Shown piece by piece: positions 9,215 to 17,997 of a stretch of DNA of 64,000 nt (its first letter is position 1; every line of letters begins with the position of its first letter). A program made the translations under genes and the position numbers. A model generated the notes under the pieces. It was not told the DNA's origin and made no database searches. It saw only the letters and a list, made by a program, of their open reading frames with translations. Origin of the DNA: Clostridia bacterium (GTDB taxonomy: Bacteria > Bacillota > Clostridia > Oscillospirales > CAG-272); NCBI GenBank assembly GCA_017465885.1, contig JAFTVG010000014.1:6819-70818 (forward strand), written 5' to 3'.

Positions 9215-10429
9215 TCAGAGCTCTCTTCTCTTGAAGGGCAATACCATCTTTTCGATCGCCTTTCTGCTTTTTGCGCCATCGGAGGAGTTGGCGGAAAATA
9301 GACTGCACGCCGCCGTTGCCGCGGCAAATTCCAAAAGCTCGCGGTCCGACCAGTCGTTATAAAGACCGTAAAGACATCCCGAGCAGAAGGCATCTCCGGC
9401 ACCCACACGTCCCTTGATCAGATCAGCGGGGATCTCGTATGAGCCCACCTTGGTAAAGCTGCCATCCGCACTGAGACAGAAGCCGCCGTCCTTTGCGTGG
9501 ACGATCACCTTCTCCTTTACGCCCGCCGCCATGGTCTTTTGCATTGCCAGATAAACTCTGTCGATATCCAGCGTACCGCTTGCGGTATACGGCTGGATCT
9601 TCCAGATGTTACAGCACTCGATCTCATTGAAGATCACGTAATTTGCATATTTTAATGAAGGAATAATCACCCGCTCGTATTTGTCGGTATCGCTGCTGCT
9701 GACCACGTCAAGGGAGGTCTTGATCCCCTTTTTCTGCAGGGTGCAAAGGAATCGTGCCATCACCGTGCCGTATTCCTCGTCGGGCAGATCAAACTGATCC
9801 AAAAGCAAGAGATACCCGATATGGAAGATCTTACAGCTCAGATGCGCCACGTCGATGTCGGATGGCGAAAAATGCATATTTGCACCGCTGGAGCTGAAAA
9901 AGGTTCTTTCACCGCTGGGAAGGCTCATCACGTCACAAAAGGCGGTGGAATACTCTCCGGTGATCGATACGTTGTCTGTGTTCACCCCCGCTGAGCGGAG
10001 CTTATCCAAAAGAAACCGCCCGTTTTCATCGTTACCGACCATTCCCACCGCCGTGATATCAAGGCTGGGGTCAATGGTGGCAAGGTTGATGGAAACGTTT
10101 GAAACGCATCCACCCGATGCTCTGCAGGATTGCTGGATGTTGGCAAGCTTTCCCGCAACGGGATAAACGTCGATGGTCTTTACCGTATCGGCGATCAGAT
10201 TGCCCGCCACCACGATACCGCCGCCGCTTTCTCTTAAAAGATCGTCCACCCTGACGCACAGAATGCGGCTGATTGCAGGAAGCTGGCTGACGTTGGGCAG
10301 TCCTCTGCCGCATTCCCACTTGCTCACCGTTTTGTCGGTGACGCCCAGCTTTTCGGCAAACTGTGCCTGCGTCAGATCCTTCTTTCTGCGAAAGAGGGAC
10401 AGATTGTTTCCAAAATGCTTTACGTTCAT
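9215..10429 (-). CDS. XRE-type HTH domain fused to a PfkB-family (ribokinase-like) sugar/sugar-phosphate kinase
   Basis: N-terminus NLSLFRRKKDLTQAQFAEKLGVTDKTVSKWECGRGLPNVSQLPAISRIL is an HTH_3 domain. PfkB signatures are ASGGCVSNVSINLA and GRVGAGDAFCSGCLYGL. The preferred start is the ATG at 10429, preceded by GGAGAAAAAGAT. The ORF-track start at 10456 lacks an SD. Confidence 0.8.
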   Translation of the reverse strand: MNVKHFGNNLSLFRRKKDLTQAQFAEKLGVTDKTVSKWECGRGLPNVSQLPAISRILCVRVDDLLRESGGGIVVAGNLIADTVKTIDVYPVAGKLANIQQSCRASGGCVSNVSINLATIDPSLDITAVGMVGNDENGRFLLDKLRSAGVNTDNVSITGEYSTAFCDVMSLPSGERTFFSSSGANMHFSPSDIDVAHLSCKIFHIGYLLLLDQFDLPDEEYGTVMARFLCTLQKKGIKTSLDVVSSSDTDKYERVIIPSLKYANYVIFNEIECCNIWKIQPYTASGTLDIDRVYLAMQKTMAAGVKEKVIVHAKDGGFCLSADGSFTKVGSYEIPADLIKGRVGAGDAFCSGCLYGLYNDWSDRELLEFAAATAACSLFSANSSDGAKSRKAIEKMVLPFKRREL

Positions 10430-10663
10430 ATCTTTTTCTCCGCTGAGTGCGGGCATCGTCGGCTCAAGTTACAGCCGATGCCCTGTCCTTGTTTTTTGAT
10501 AAAACGTTTATACCAATCATATAATAATAAATCCGAGGAAAAAGTACAACCACTTCTCGGCATATTTTCAAAAAGGAAAGCGGAGAGGCTCTCTACTTTA
10601 AGTAGAGACACCCTTCCTTGCGCCCATATACGCCGTATACAAGCTTTTCCTTTCCGTTTTCTT

Positions 10664-11494
10664 TCAAGCCCTTCCGCAAGAGCCGAACAGCTTCATTTTT
10701 TCAATAACCGTTTCCTTGATGTACTGCACCTTCAGATCGCGGATGGCAAGATAGGAAAGACCGCCGTTCAGCCCATCCCTCATTGCCCGCTGACCTGCAA
10801 GACAGAGATCGGTATAGATATTGATCTTGCTGATGCCCAGCGAGATCGCCTTTTTGAAGTCCTCGTCAGTAAGCCCCGAGCCGCCGTGAAGAACGAGGGG
10901 AACGTCGGTGACCTTTCTGATCTCGGATAGACGCTCAAAATTCAGCTTTGGCGCCTGCTTGTACGCTCCGTGTGCCGTGCCGATGGCGATGGCAAGGGCG
11001 TCAACACCGGTATCCCGTGCATAATCCATTGCTTCTTTGGGGGTGGTATGGCAAAGAGCGCCGTCCTCCTCGTCGGCATTGCCGACGTGACCGATCTCGC
11101 CTTCCACCGTTGCACCAAAGGCATGGGCAATACGCACCATTTCCCCGGTATCCTTTACGTTTTCAGCGGGATCTCCAAGAGATCCGTCGAACATCACGCT
11201 GGAAAAGCCCAGCTTCAACGCCTGCATACAGCGATCGAAGGTCAATCCGTGATCGTAATGTACGGCAACAGGTACGGAAGCGTTCCTTGCAGCCGCAAGT
11301 ATCGAAGGAGCGATCAGAGAAAGCTCACCCGAGGGCAGCAGGATCTCTGCCGTGCCGATGATCACGGGAGAGCGGGTCTCCTCTGCTGCATCGATGACCG
11401 CCTGCAGCATATCGGTGTCCGTGGTGTTAAAAAGTCCTACGGCGTATCCCCCCGCCGCTGCTTTTGGCAAAAGCTCCTTTAAGGTTACCAGCAT
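10664..11494 (-). CDS. class II ketose-bisphosphate aldolase (fructose/tagatose-1,6-bisphosphate aldolase family)
   Basis: Motifs GYAVGLFNT, VAVHYDHG, IGTAHGAYK and LVLHGGSGL. The ATG at 11494 is preceded by AGGAGAGAGG. Confidence 0.85.
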   Translation of the reverse strand: MLVTLKELLPKAAAGGYAVGLFNTTDTDMLQAVIDAAEETRSPVIIGTAEILLPSGELSLIAPSILAAARNASVPVAVHYDHGLTFDRCMQALKLGFSSVMFDGSLGDPAENVKDTGEMVRIAHAFGATVEGEIGHVGNADEEDGALCHTTPKEAMDYARDTGVDALAIAIGTAHGAYKQAPKLNFERLSEIRKVTDVPLVLHGGSGLTDEDFKKAISLGISKINIYTDLCLAGQRAMRDGLNGGLSYLAIRDLKVQYIKETVIEKMKLFGSCGRA

Positions 11495-11785
11495 ATCCTC
11501 TCTCCTCACATATAACTATAACGTAGTAATTTGTTACGCACGACGCTGACCGAAACAGAGCTGCAAGCCGCAAAAGGGGCAAACATCCTTCTCGGTTTCA
11601 TAAAAAGACAGTCTTCTATTAGTAAAATCATTTTAACAAAAAAGCACCCCTTCTGTCAACAAATCAAAAAAAGAACTTTTAAGCCGTTTTCCCGTCTTCC
11701 CTCTACCCTTCGTAGAGATACCCGCAATACAGCAAAAAAATGCACTCTTTGCCATTGTTTTAATTAGAGGCAGCTCAGATCGCGC

Positions 11786-11819
11786 AAAAAAAGAACGAAG
11801 CGTTTGCTTCGTTCTTTTT
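11786..11819. terminator. bidirectional terminator hairpin
   Basis: AAAAAAAGAACGAAGC-GTTT-GCTTCGTTCTTTTT. Confidence 0.7.
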
Positions 11820-11883
11820 GGCTATGGGCTACAAAAAAGATATTTTCGGCAGTTTTGTGTATGACTTCGAGCTCTTACAGAAA

Positions 11884-12050
11884 ATGAAATCCTTGCTGAC
11901 GCAAGGATGAAATCAGCTAACGCTGATGAAATCTTCGGCTTTGCCTCAGATGAAATTAAATCCACCCATCCGCCGTCGAGGCGGATTTCACCCAACGAAG
12001 TTGGATTTCATCGTCGAAGACGATTTCACCCACCCGCAAGGGAAGATTTA
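11884..12050. repeat. inverted array of eight heptamers (4 x TGAAATC then 4 x GATTTCA-like) interleaved with mini-hairpins
   Basis: TGAAATC/T at 11885, 11908, 11927 and 11951. GATTTCA at 11985, 12004 and 12022, and GATTTAG at 12045. Spacing is 18-24 bp. Intervening stems are CTTGC/GCAAG, AGC/GCT, ATCCGCC/GGCGGAT, CCAAC/GTTGG, TCGTC/GACGA and CCC/GGG. Confidence 0.8.
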
Positions 12051-12054
12051 GTTG

Positions 12055-12088
12055 AAAACGACAGATTCCTGCCGGAATCTGTCGTTTT
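12055..12088. terminator. bidirectional terminator abutting the 3' end of tRNA-Leu
   Basis: AAAACGACAGATTC-CTGCCG-GAATCTGTCGTTTT, a 14-bp perfect stem with U-runs on both strands. Confidence 0.8.
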
Positions 12089-12089
12089 C

Positions 12090-12175
12090 TGGTGCGAGAG
12101 ACGGGACTTGAACCCGTACGGTGTAAACCACACGCCCCTCAAACGTGCGCGTCTGCCAGTTCCGCCACTCTCGCA
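12090..12175 (-). tRNA. tRNA-Leu (anticodon GAG), class II with long variable arm, CCA encoded
   Basis: Reverse complement reads GCGAGAG..CACGT-TTGAGGG-GCGTG..ACGGGTTCAAGTCCCGT-CTCTCGC-ACCA. Acceptor 7 bp. Anticodon loop UUGAGGG. T-loop TTCAAGT. Confidence 0.9.
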
Positions 12176-12203
12176 TATTGGGTTGCTCACAGGCAACGGT
12201 TAT

Positions 12204-12231
12204 ATTATACACAAATCAAAAAAAAAGTCAA
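12204..12231 (-). promoter_or_regulatory. sigma-A promoter for tRNA-Leu(GAG)
   Basis: On the minus strand: TTGACT (12231-12226), 16-nt spacer, TATAAT (12209-12204), about 25 nt upstream of the tRNA 5' end. Confidence 0.65.
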
Positions 12232-12383
12232 TAGGTTTTTTGAAAAAAGTTTTTGCAATTTTCAAAGCCGCCCCATGCGCCCTCCTGCCCCGCGCTTCCT
12301 CCTTCAAGGCCGTATGGCATCGCCTTGGGAGGAGGAACAAAAAAATATTCTGACTTTTTTCTGAAAAGTGAGCAGGTTCTCTC

Positions 12384-12412
12384 TTGATTTTGTTGCAAAA
12401 AAATGATATAAT
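12384..12412 (+). promoter_or_regulatory. sigma-A promoter (extended -10) for the DUF1846 gene
   Basis: TTGATT (12384-12389), 17-nt spacer, TGA-TATAAT (12404-12412). Confidence 0.6.
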
Positions 12413-12448
12413 GGCTGAGTTATTATGACACGAAAGAAGGGATACGAA

Positions 12449-13930
12449 ATGCGCATCGGTTTTGATAACGAAAAATATCTTTCTCTGCAGTCCGACTGTA
12501 TCAGACAGCGGATCGAGCAGTTTGGAGGAAAGCTGTATCTTGAGCTTGGCGGCAAGCTTTTTGACGACTACCACGCCTCAAGAGTTCTGCCCGGATTTGA
12601 GCCCGACAGCAAGATCAGAATGTTCTCTCAGCTCAAGGACGACGTGGAGATCATCATCTCCATCAACGCCGCAGATATCGAGAAGAACAAAAAGCGGGGC
12701 GATCTCGGCATCACATACGACGATGACGTTTTAAGGCTCACCGACGCCTTCCGCGCCCTCGGTTTTCTTGTGGGCAGCGTGTGTATCACCCAGTACACCG
12801 GTCAGCCCGGTGCAGACGCCTTCATCCGCAGACTCCAGAGTCTGGGCATCAAGAGCTATCTCCACTATTCCATCGAGGGCTATCCCTACAACGTGAAAAA
12901 GATCGTCAGCGAAGAGGGCTACGGCAAAAACGAGTATATCGAGACCTCCCGTCCTCTGGTGCTGGTCACCGCGCCCGGCCCCGGCAGCGGCAAGATGGCA
13001 ACCTGTCTTTCCCAGCTCTACCACGAGCATAAGAGAGGACAAAAAGCGGGATACGCCAAGTTTGAAACCTTCCCTATCTGGAACTTGCCCTTAAAGCATC
13101 CCGTAAACATCGCCTATGAAGCGGCAACCGCCGATCTTGACGATATGAATATGATCGATCCCTTCCACCTGGAGGCATACGGCAAGACCGCCGTCAACTA
13201 CAACCGTGACGTGGAGGTCTTCCCCGTGCTGAAGGCAATGATGGAAAAGATCCTCGGTCATTCCCCCTACAAATCTCCCACCGATATGGGCGTGAATATG
13301 GTGGGCTTTTGCATCATCAACGAGGACGTGGTCTGCCGCGCTTCCCAAATGGAGGTGATCCGCCGCTACTATCAGACGCAGGTCGCCATCAGACAGGGCG
13401 AGTCGGATGAGACACAGAAGGAAACCATCGAGCTGTTAATGCAAAAAGCCGACATTTCCCCCGATATGTGTCCTGCGATAAAAGCAGCTCTTGACCGTGC
13501 CGAAGAAACGGGCGCGCCTGCAGGAGCGATGGATCTTGGAAACGGAACCGTGGTCACCGGGAAAACCAGCTCGCTGCTTGGCCCCTCCGCCGCTCTGCTG
13601 TTAAACGCGCTGAAGTCTCTTGCGGGGATCGACGACGAGGTGGATCTGATCAGCCCCCAAACCCTTGAACCCATCTGCCGTTTAAAGACCGAAAATTTAA
13701 AGAATCACAACCCGAGGCTTCATTCCGACGAGGTGCTGATCGCCCTGTCCATCAGCTCGGTAACCAACCCCGATGCCGCAAGAGCGTTGGCACAGCTGAG
13801 CAATCTGCACGGATGTGACGCTCACTTCTCGGTCATCCTTTCAACGGTGGATGAAAAGACCTACAAAAAGCTGGGCATCAACGTGACAAGCGAGCCCAAA
13901 TATCAGATCAGAAAGCTTTACCACGGCTGA
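12449..13930 (+). CDS. DUF1846 / UPF0371 family protein
   Basis: N-terminus MRIGFDNEKYLSLQSDCIRQRIEQFGGKLYLELGGKLFDDYHASRVLPGFEPDSKI is characteristic of the ~490-aa UPF0371 family. The start at 12449 sits after AAGGGA. The track start at 12425 is also possible. Confidence 0.75.
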   Translation: MRIGFDNEKYLSLQSDCIRQRIEQFGGKLYLELGGKLFDDYHASRVLPGFEPDSKIRMFSQLKDDVEIIISINAADIEKNKKRGDLGITYDDDVLRLTDAFRALGFLVGSVCITQYTGQPGADAFIRRLQSLGIKSYLHYSIEGYPYNVKKIVSEEGYGKNEYIETSRPLVLVTAPGPGSGKMATCLSQLYHEHKRGQKAGYAKFETFPIWNLPLKHPVNIAYEAATADLDDMNMIDPFHLEAYGKTAVNYNRDVEVFPVLKAMMEKILGHSPYKSPTDMGVNMVGFCIINEDVVCRASQMEVIRRYYQTQVAIRQGESDETQKETIELLMQKADISPDMCPAIKAALDRAEETGAPAGAMDLGNGTVVTGKTSSLLGPSAALLLNALKSLAGIDDEVDLISPQTLEPICRLKTENLKNHNPRLHSDEVLIALSISSVTNPDAARALAQLSNLHGCDAHFSVILSTVDEKTYKKLGINVTSEPKYQIRKLYHG

Positions 13931-13943
13931 TTCTCATATATCC

Positions 13944-13976
13944 AAAACGGCTTCCCTTCGCGGGAAGCCGTTTTTA
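13944..13976. terminator. bidirectional terminator between convergent genes
   Basis: AAAACGGCTTCCC-TTCGC-GGGAAGCCGTTTTT. Confidence 0.8.
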
Positions 13977-13993
13977 TGTCTTTACCTATCCCT

Positions 13994-14770
13994 TCATCCC
14001 TTCATTTTCAGAGCGCATCGGTAGGCGTGGGGCGGAATGCCGAATTTTCTTTTAAAAAGCTTGATAAAATAATACTGGTTTTCATATCCGCACAGCTCGG
14101 CAACGGCAGAAATCTTTTCGTCCGTTGTTTCTAAAAGCAGGGCGGCGTGGGAAAGGCGGATGTCATTGAGATATGCGCTTGGCGTACAGCCGAACTCCTT
14201 CTTAAAAAAGCGATAGAAGGTCGCATTTGAGCAATTGATCTCCGATGCCAGCTCCTCAGGGGAGATCCCGCGGGAAAAACGGTCAAGAATGTATTTCTTG
14301 ATCCTCTCCTTTTGAGGGGCTTCTCTCGTTTTCTTTTCGCCAAGCTCAAGCAGCTCCCCTGCAAGAATGGCTATGTTGCCACGGCTGTTTTCGGGCTCGT
14401 TTAACAGTCTGCCGATCCGCTCGCCCATTCGCTGTGCCGTTTTTCCCGTAAGACAAACGGGAAAAGAAAACAGGTCGTCAACACGGAAGCCGTTTACGTA
14501 AAACTCCAAAAAGATCCAGCGCGCCCCCATTTTCCCCGACGCAGAGTCGTTATGATGCACGATTCTCTGGACCGATCCCGCAGGTGCAATAAACAAGCAG
14601 CCTGAAGGGACGGTATACGTCTGACCGCCGTCAAGGGAAAGGTCATACCATCCTTCTGTCGCCTGCACGATCGAAAGACAGGACAGACTCTTCACGTGGG
14701 TCAGTCCCTCACAGCCGCAGTACATCGAAGAAACGCTCCAATTTCTAATTTCCAAGCTCTCCATCTTCAT
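13994..14770 (-). CDS. AraC-family transcriptional regulator (cupin-like sensor + HTH_18)
   Basis: C-terminal IKKYILDRFSRGISPEELASEINCSNATFYRFFKKEFGCTPSAYLNDIRLSHAALLL...YENQYYFIKLFKRKFGIPPHAY. AAAGGAG spacing favours the ATG at 14770 over 14776. Confidence 0.85.
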   Translation of the reverse strand: MKMESLEIRNWSVSSMYCGCEGLTHVKSLSCLSIVQATEGWYDLSLDGGQTYTVPSGCLFIAPAGSVQRIVHHNDSASGKMGARWIFLEFYVNGFRVDDLFSFPVCLTGKTAQRMGERIGRLLNEPENSRGNIAILAGELLELGEKKTREAPQKERIKKYILDRFSRGISPEELASEINCSNATFYRFFKKEFGCTPSAYLNDIRLSHAALLLETTDEKISAVAELCGYENQYYFIKLFKRKFGIPPHAYRCALKMKG

Positions 14771-14805
14771 ACCCATACTCCTTTGAGAATATAGTACAAC
14801 TTTTT

Positions 14806-14876
14806 TATACCGTTGTCAATTGTCTTTTTTGAAAAAATCGGTATACTGATGATAGACAGTATACTTTTAGTATACC
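14806..14876. promoter_or_regulatory. AraC/GRE divergent control region with four GTATAC-type boxes
   Basis: TATACC 14806-14811, CGGTATACT 14839-14847, AGTATACT 14858-14865 and AGTATACC 14869-14876. A possible promoter is TTGTCT (14820-14825), 16 nt, TATACT (14842-14847). Confidence 0.4.
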
Positions 14877-14894
14877 GAGAGCAGAAAGGATGCG

Positions 14895-17045
14895 GTGATA
14901 GATATGATTACCTTTTCAGGCGCTTTTCCGCGCCCCATCAGACTAACGGAAGAAACAAGACGCTTTGCCTACGAATCCTTGAAGGGCAAATACGGAGATG
15001 AAGCCAAAAGCACGCTCTCCATCTCACTTGACCACATAGAGGGGCTTGACGAGCTCTCCACCTCAAAGCAATGTGCCATTGCAATGACCGAGGTGGCAAA
15101 GCGCGCCCCCTTGCGCATCTGCCCCCACGAATCGGTCAGCGGTGCTGCAACTTTAGGCGGTGCCTTTCTTGCCGGCGGGCTTGCCAACTATAATGGAAAA
15201 AACCTGCTTCCGGGCACCGATCACCTGACCCTCGGATTTATTGACGCCGTCAACCTGGGTATTGACGTCTATGAGAAAAAAATACAACAACGGAAGAACG
15301 ATCCCGCTCTGACCGCCCGTCAAATCGAGGTGCTTGACACCCTGCAGGCATCTGTTGACGCCCTGCGCATCTATCACCGAAGATATATGGAGGCACTGGC
15401 AGAAATAAAGCCAGAAAATGCCGAAAATCTGAAAAACGTTCCCTTTTTGCCACCCGCATCCTTCAAGGAGGCGGTTCAAAGCCTTTGGTTTCTCTTTTCC
15501 TTTGCAAGGCTTCTTGGAAACTGGCCGGGGATCGGAAGGATCGACGTGCTTTTGGGTCCGTACCTGGATGAGGACTTGAAAAAGGGTGTCATCACCATTG
15601 AAGAGGCGAGGGAGTTTCTTGCGGGCTTTTTCATCAAGGGATGTGAATGGATCGAAAGTGCTCCCACGAGAGGCTCGGGAGATGCGCAGACCTATCAAAA
15701 CATCGTTTTGGGCGGTCTGATCCGTGAAAACGGCATTCTCAGGGAGGCGTCAAACGAAGTGACCTACCTGATCCTTGAGATCATTGAGGAACTGCCCATC
15801 GGTGACTTTCCCATCACCGTGCGAATGCGCAAGGACAGCCCTGAGCGTTTAAAAGAATTAACGGCGCGGGCAATCCGATGCGGAGGGGGAACGGTGGCGG
15901 TCTACAACGAGGAGTTGATCTTTGACAGCATGGTGCGCTTTGGGTATCCCGAGGAGGAGATCGTTGACTTTGCCAACGACGGTTGCTGGGAGGTGCAGAT
16001 CCCCGGAAAGACCTGCTTTTCTTACTACCCCTTTGACGGACTACGCATACTTTTAAACGACACGCTGAGGCTTCACACCGACATCCCTGCCCACTTTGAC
16101 AATTATGCGTCACTATACGACTGCTTCCTTCGAAATTTGGAAAAACACCTTTCGCGCATCAAGCAGTATACTCTTGACAGATATATCACAAGGGACGAGG
16201 AGGGCAACGAGTACTTTAAAGAAAACGCCCCCTGCGCCTTTGTTTCCCTTCTTACCGACGACTGCATCAGCAAGGCACGGTATTACCACGAGGGAGGCGC
16301 ACGCTACACCATTCTTTCCCCCCACATTGGCGGTGTTCCCGATATCGGTAACAGCCTTTACGCCATTGACAGACTGGTATTTAAGGATAAGCTCATTTCC
16401 TTTGACGGTCTGATGAGGGCGCTGAAAAACGATTGGGCAAACGAAGAATATATCCGTCAATACGCACTGAACAAATACGCCTATTTCGGAAATGACAACG
16501 ATGAAGCCGATGCATACGTGACCCGCTTTCTTGATGACTACGGAAAAATGCTTGCGCCCAACAAGGAAGATCGGTTAATCCGCTTCCCTGCGGGGGTAAG
16601 CACCTTCGGTCGGCAGATCAATTGGGCGCCCTACCGCCTTGCCGTGCCCTTCGGAAAAAAGGCGGGCGAGATCCTTTCGGGCAATCTCTCCCCCACCCCC
16701 AACACCGATATGGAGGGGGCAAGTGCCGTGATCCGCTCCTACTGCAAAAGCGATCTCGCCGCACTCACCACGGGATGTGCTTTAGATCTCAAGCTCGATC
16801 CCGGCGCTATTGAGCATCCAAAGGGCATAGAGGTGCTTTGCGCGCTTATTGACGGATTTGTGGAGCTGGGAGGATATTTTATGCAGATCGACGTGGTTTC
16901 GGCAGAAATGCTGAGAGATGCGCAGGCGCATCCCGAGGACTATAAAAACCTGTCCGTGCGGGTATCGGGCTGGAACGCCCGCTTTGTCAGCTTAGACGAG
17001 CAATGGCAAAGAATGATCATTGAGCGCACCGAGCAAAAGAGATAG
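14895..17045 (+). CDS. glycyl-radical enzyme, PFL2/dehydratase-like class, unusually short (716 aa)
   Basis: C-terminal glycyl-radical motif SVRVSGWNARFV (Gly692, nt 16968-16970). Thiyl loop NDGCWEVQ with Cys364 and Glu366 (nt 15984-15992). Cys-to-Gly distance of 328 aa is typical of GREs. An in-frame TAG at 14868-14870 forbids a longer N-terminus. GTG 14895 or ATG 14904 could be the start. Confidence 0.85.
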   Translation: MIDMITFSGAFPRPIRLTEETRRFAYESLKGKYGDEAKSTLSISLDHIEGLDELSTSKQCAIAMTEVAKRAPLRICPHESVSGAATLGGAFLAGGLANYNGKNLLPGTDHLTLGFIDAVNLGIDVYEKKIQQRKNDPALTARQIEVLDTLQASVDALRIYHRRYMEALAEIKPENAENLKNVPFLPPASFKEAVQSLWFLFSFARLLGNWPGIGRIDVLLGPYLDEDLKKGVITIEEAREFLAGFFIKGCEWIESAPTRGSGDAQTYQNIVLGGLIRENGILREASNEVTYLILEIIEELPIGDFPITVRMRKDSPERLKELTARAIRCGGGTVAVYNEELIFDSMVRFGYPEEEIVDFANDGCWEVQIPGKTCFSYYPFDGLRILLNDTLRLHTDIPAHFDNYASLYDCFLRNLEKHLSRIKQYTLDRYITRDEEGNEYFKENAPCAFVSLLTDDCISKARYYHEGGARYTILSPHIGGVPDIGNSLYAIDRLVFKDKLISFDGLMRALKNDWANEEYIRQYALNKYAYFGNDNDEADAYVTRFLDDYGKMLAPNKEDRLIRFPAGVSTFGRQINWAPYRLAVPFGKKAGEILSGNLSPTPNTDMEGASAVIRSYCKSDLAALTTGCALDLKLDPGAIEHPKGIEVLCALIDGFVELGGYFMQIDVVSAEMLRDAQAHPEDYKNLSVRVSGWNARFVSLDEQWQRMIIERTEQKR

Positions 17046-17057
17046 AGGAGAGGACAG

Positions 17058-17945
17058 ATGAACGTACTGCGTATTCAGCGGTTCTGCACCGCCGACGGTC
17101 CGGGGATACGAACCACCGTCTTTTTAAAGGGATGTCCCCTTCATTGCCGCTGGTGCCATAATCCCGAGTCGCAAAAAAGTCTTTCGCAGATCTTTTTCAC
17201 CCCCGAGCGGTGTATCGGATGCGGACTTTGTCAAAAGGCTTGTCCTCAAAGCGCCCACCGTTTTTCAGACACCCACTCCTACCTACGCGATCTTTGCTCA
17301 GGGTGCGGCGCTTGCGCCAAATACTGTCCAACCGACGCATTAGAGCAGGCGGGAACGATCCTTTCTACCGACGAAATCCTTGAAATCGTGGAAAAAGACC
17401 GCGCGTTTTATGGAAAACAGGGCGGGCTGACCCTTTCGGGCGGTGAGCCCTTGATGCGGAGAGGGGACTGCATCGCTCTTCTTTCCAAAGCCAAGGAAAG
17501 AGGCATTCACACCGTGATCGAAAGCTGCGGTGTTTTTGACAGCGGCTCGATCCCCGCTCTTTCGTCCCTTTGCGATCTTATGCTTTTTGACTTGAAGGAC
17601 AGCGATCCCGTGCGCTTTTATGAAAACACGGGCGGACAGCTTGAAACCGTTTTAAGCAATCTTTACGCCCTTGACCGCGCGGGCGTTCAAACCCGCCTGC
17701 GGCTCATTCTTCTTGCGGGCGTGAACGATCACGACGAGCATCTTTCAAGGATTGCAGAGATCTACCGCTCCCTTTCGTGCTGTACTGGTGCGGAGGTCCT
17801 TGCCCACCATCCCGCAGGGCGTGCAAAATACGCCCAGCTTGATATGGAATACACCGATCTTGACAGCTACACGCCGCAAGACAGTCAGCTTTGCGCATTT
17901 AAGGAAAAGCTCAGCGCTCTGGGTGTACCTCTTGTAAATGATTGA
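17058..17945 (+). CDS. glycyl-radical enzyme activating enzyme (radical SAM)
   Basis: CPLHCRWCHN (CX3CX2C) near the N-terminus. Two ferredoxin-like motifs, CIGCGLCQKACP and CSGCGACAKYCP. GGEPL motif. SD GAGGAGAGG. Confidence 0.9.
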   Translation: MNVLRIQRFCTADGPGIRTTVFLKGCPLHCRWCHNPESQKSLSQIFFTPERCIGCGLCQKACPQSAHRFSDTHSYLRDLCSGCGACAKYCPTDALEQAGTILSTDEILEIVEKDRAFYGKQGGLTLSGGEPLMRRGDCIALLSKAKERGIHTVIESCGVFDSGSIPALSSLCDLMLFDLKDSDPVRFYENTGGQLETVLSNLYALDRAGVQTRLRLILLAGVNDHDEHLSRIAEIYRSLSCCTGAEVLAHHPAGRAKYAQLDMEYTDLDSYTPQDSQLCAFKEKLSALGVPLVND

Positions 17946-17971
17946 GCGCAGTCGTTTTTCTCCAACCGCAA

Positions 17972-17997
17972 GGTATACAATCTTTTGATTGTATACC
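17972..17997. promoter_or_regulatory. perfect 11-bp-arm palindrome GGTATACAATC-TTTT-GATTGTATACC just after the activase gene
   Basis: Seen directly. No U-run follows, so it is not a classical terminator. It shares the GTATAC core and TTTT spacer with the boxes upstream of the GRE gene. Confidence 0.45.

Noticed and set aside
11907-12353. 148-aa ORF on the plus strand
   Set aside because: It reads straight through the heptamer/hairpin array, a terminator and the antisense of tRNA-Leu. It has no SD and a nonsense-like composition.
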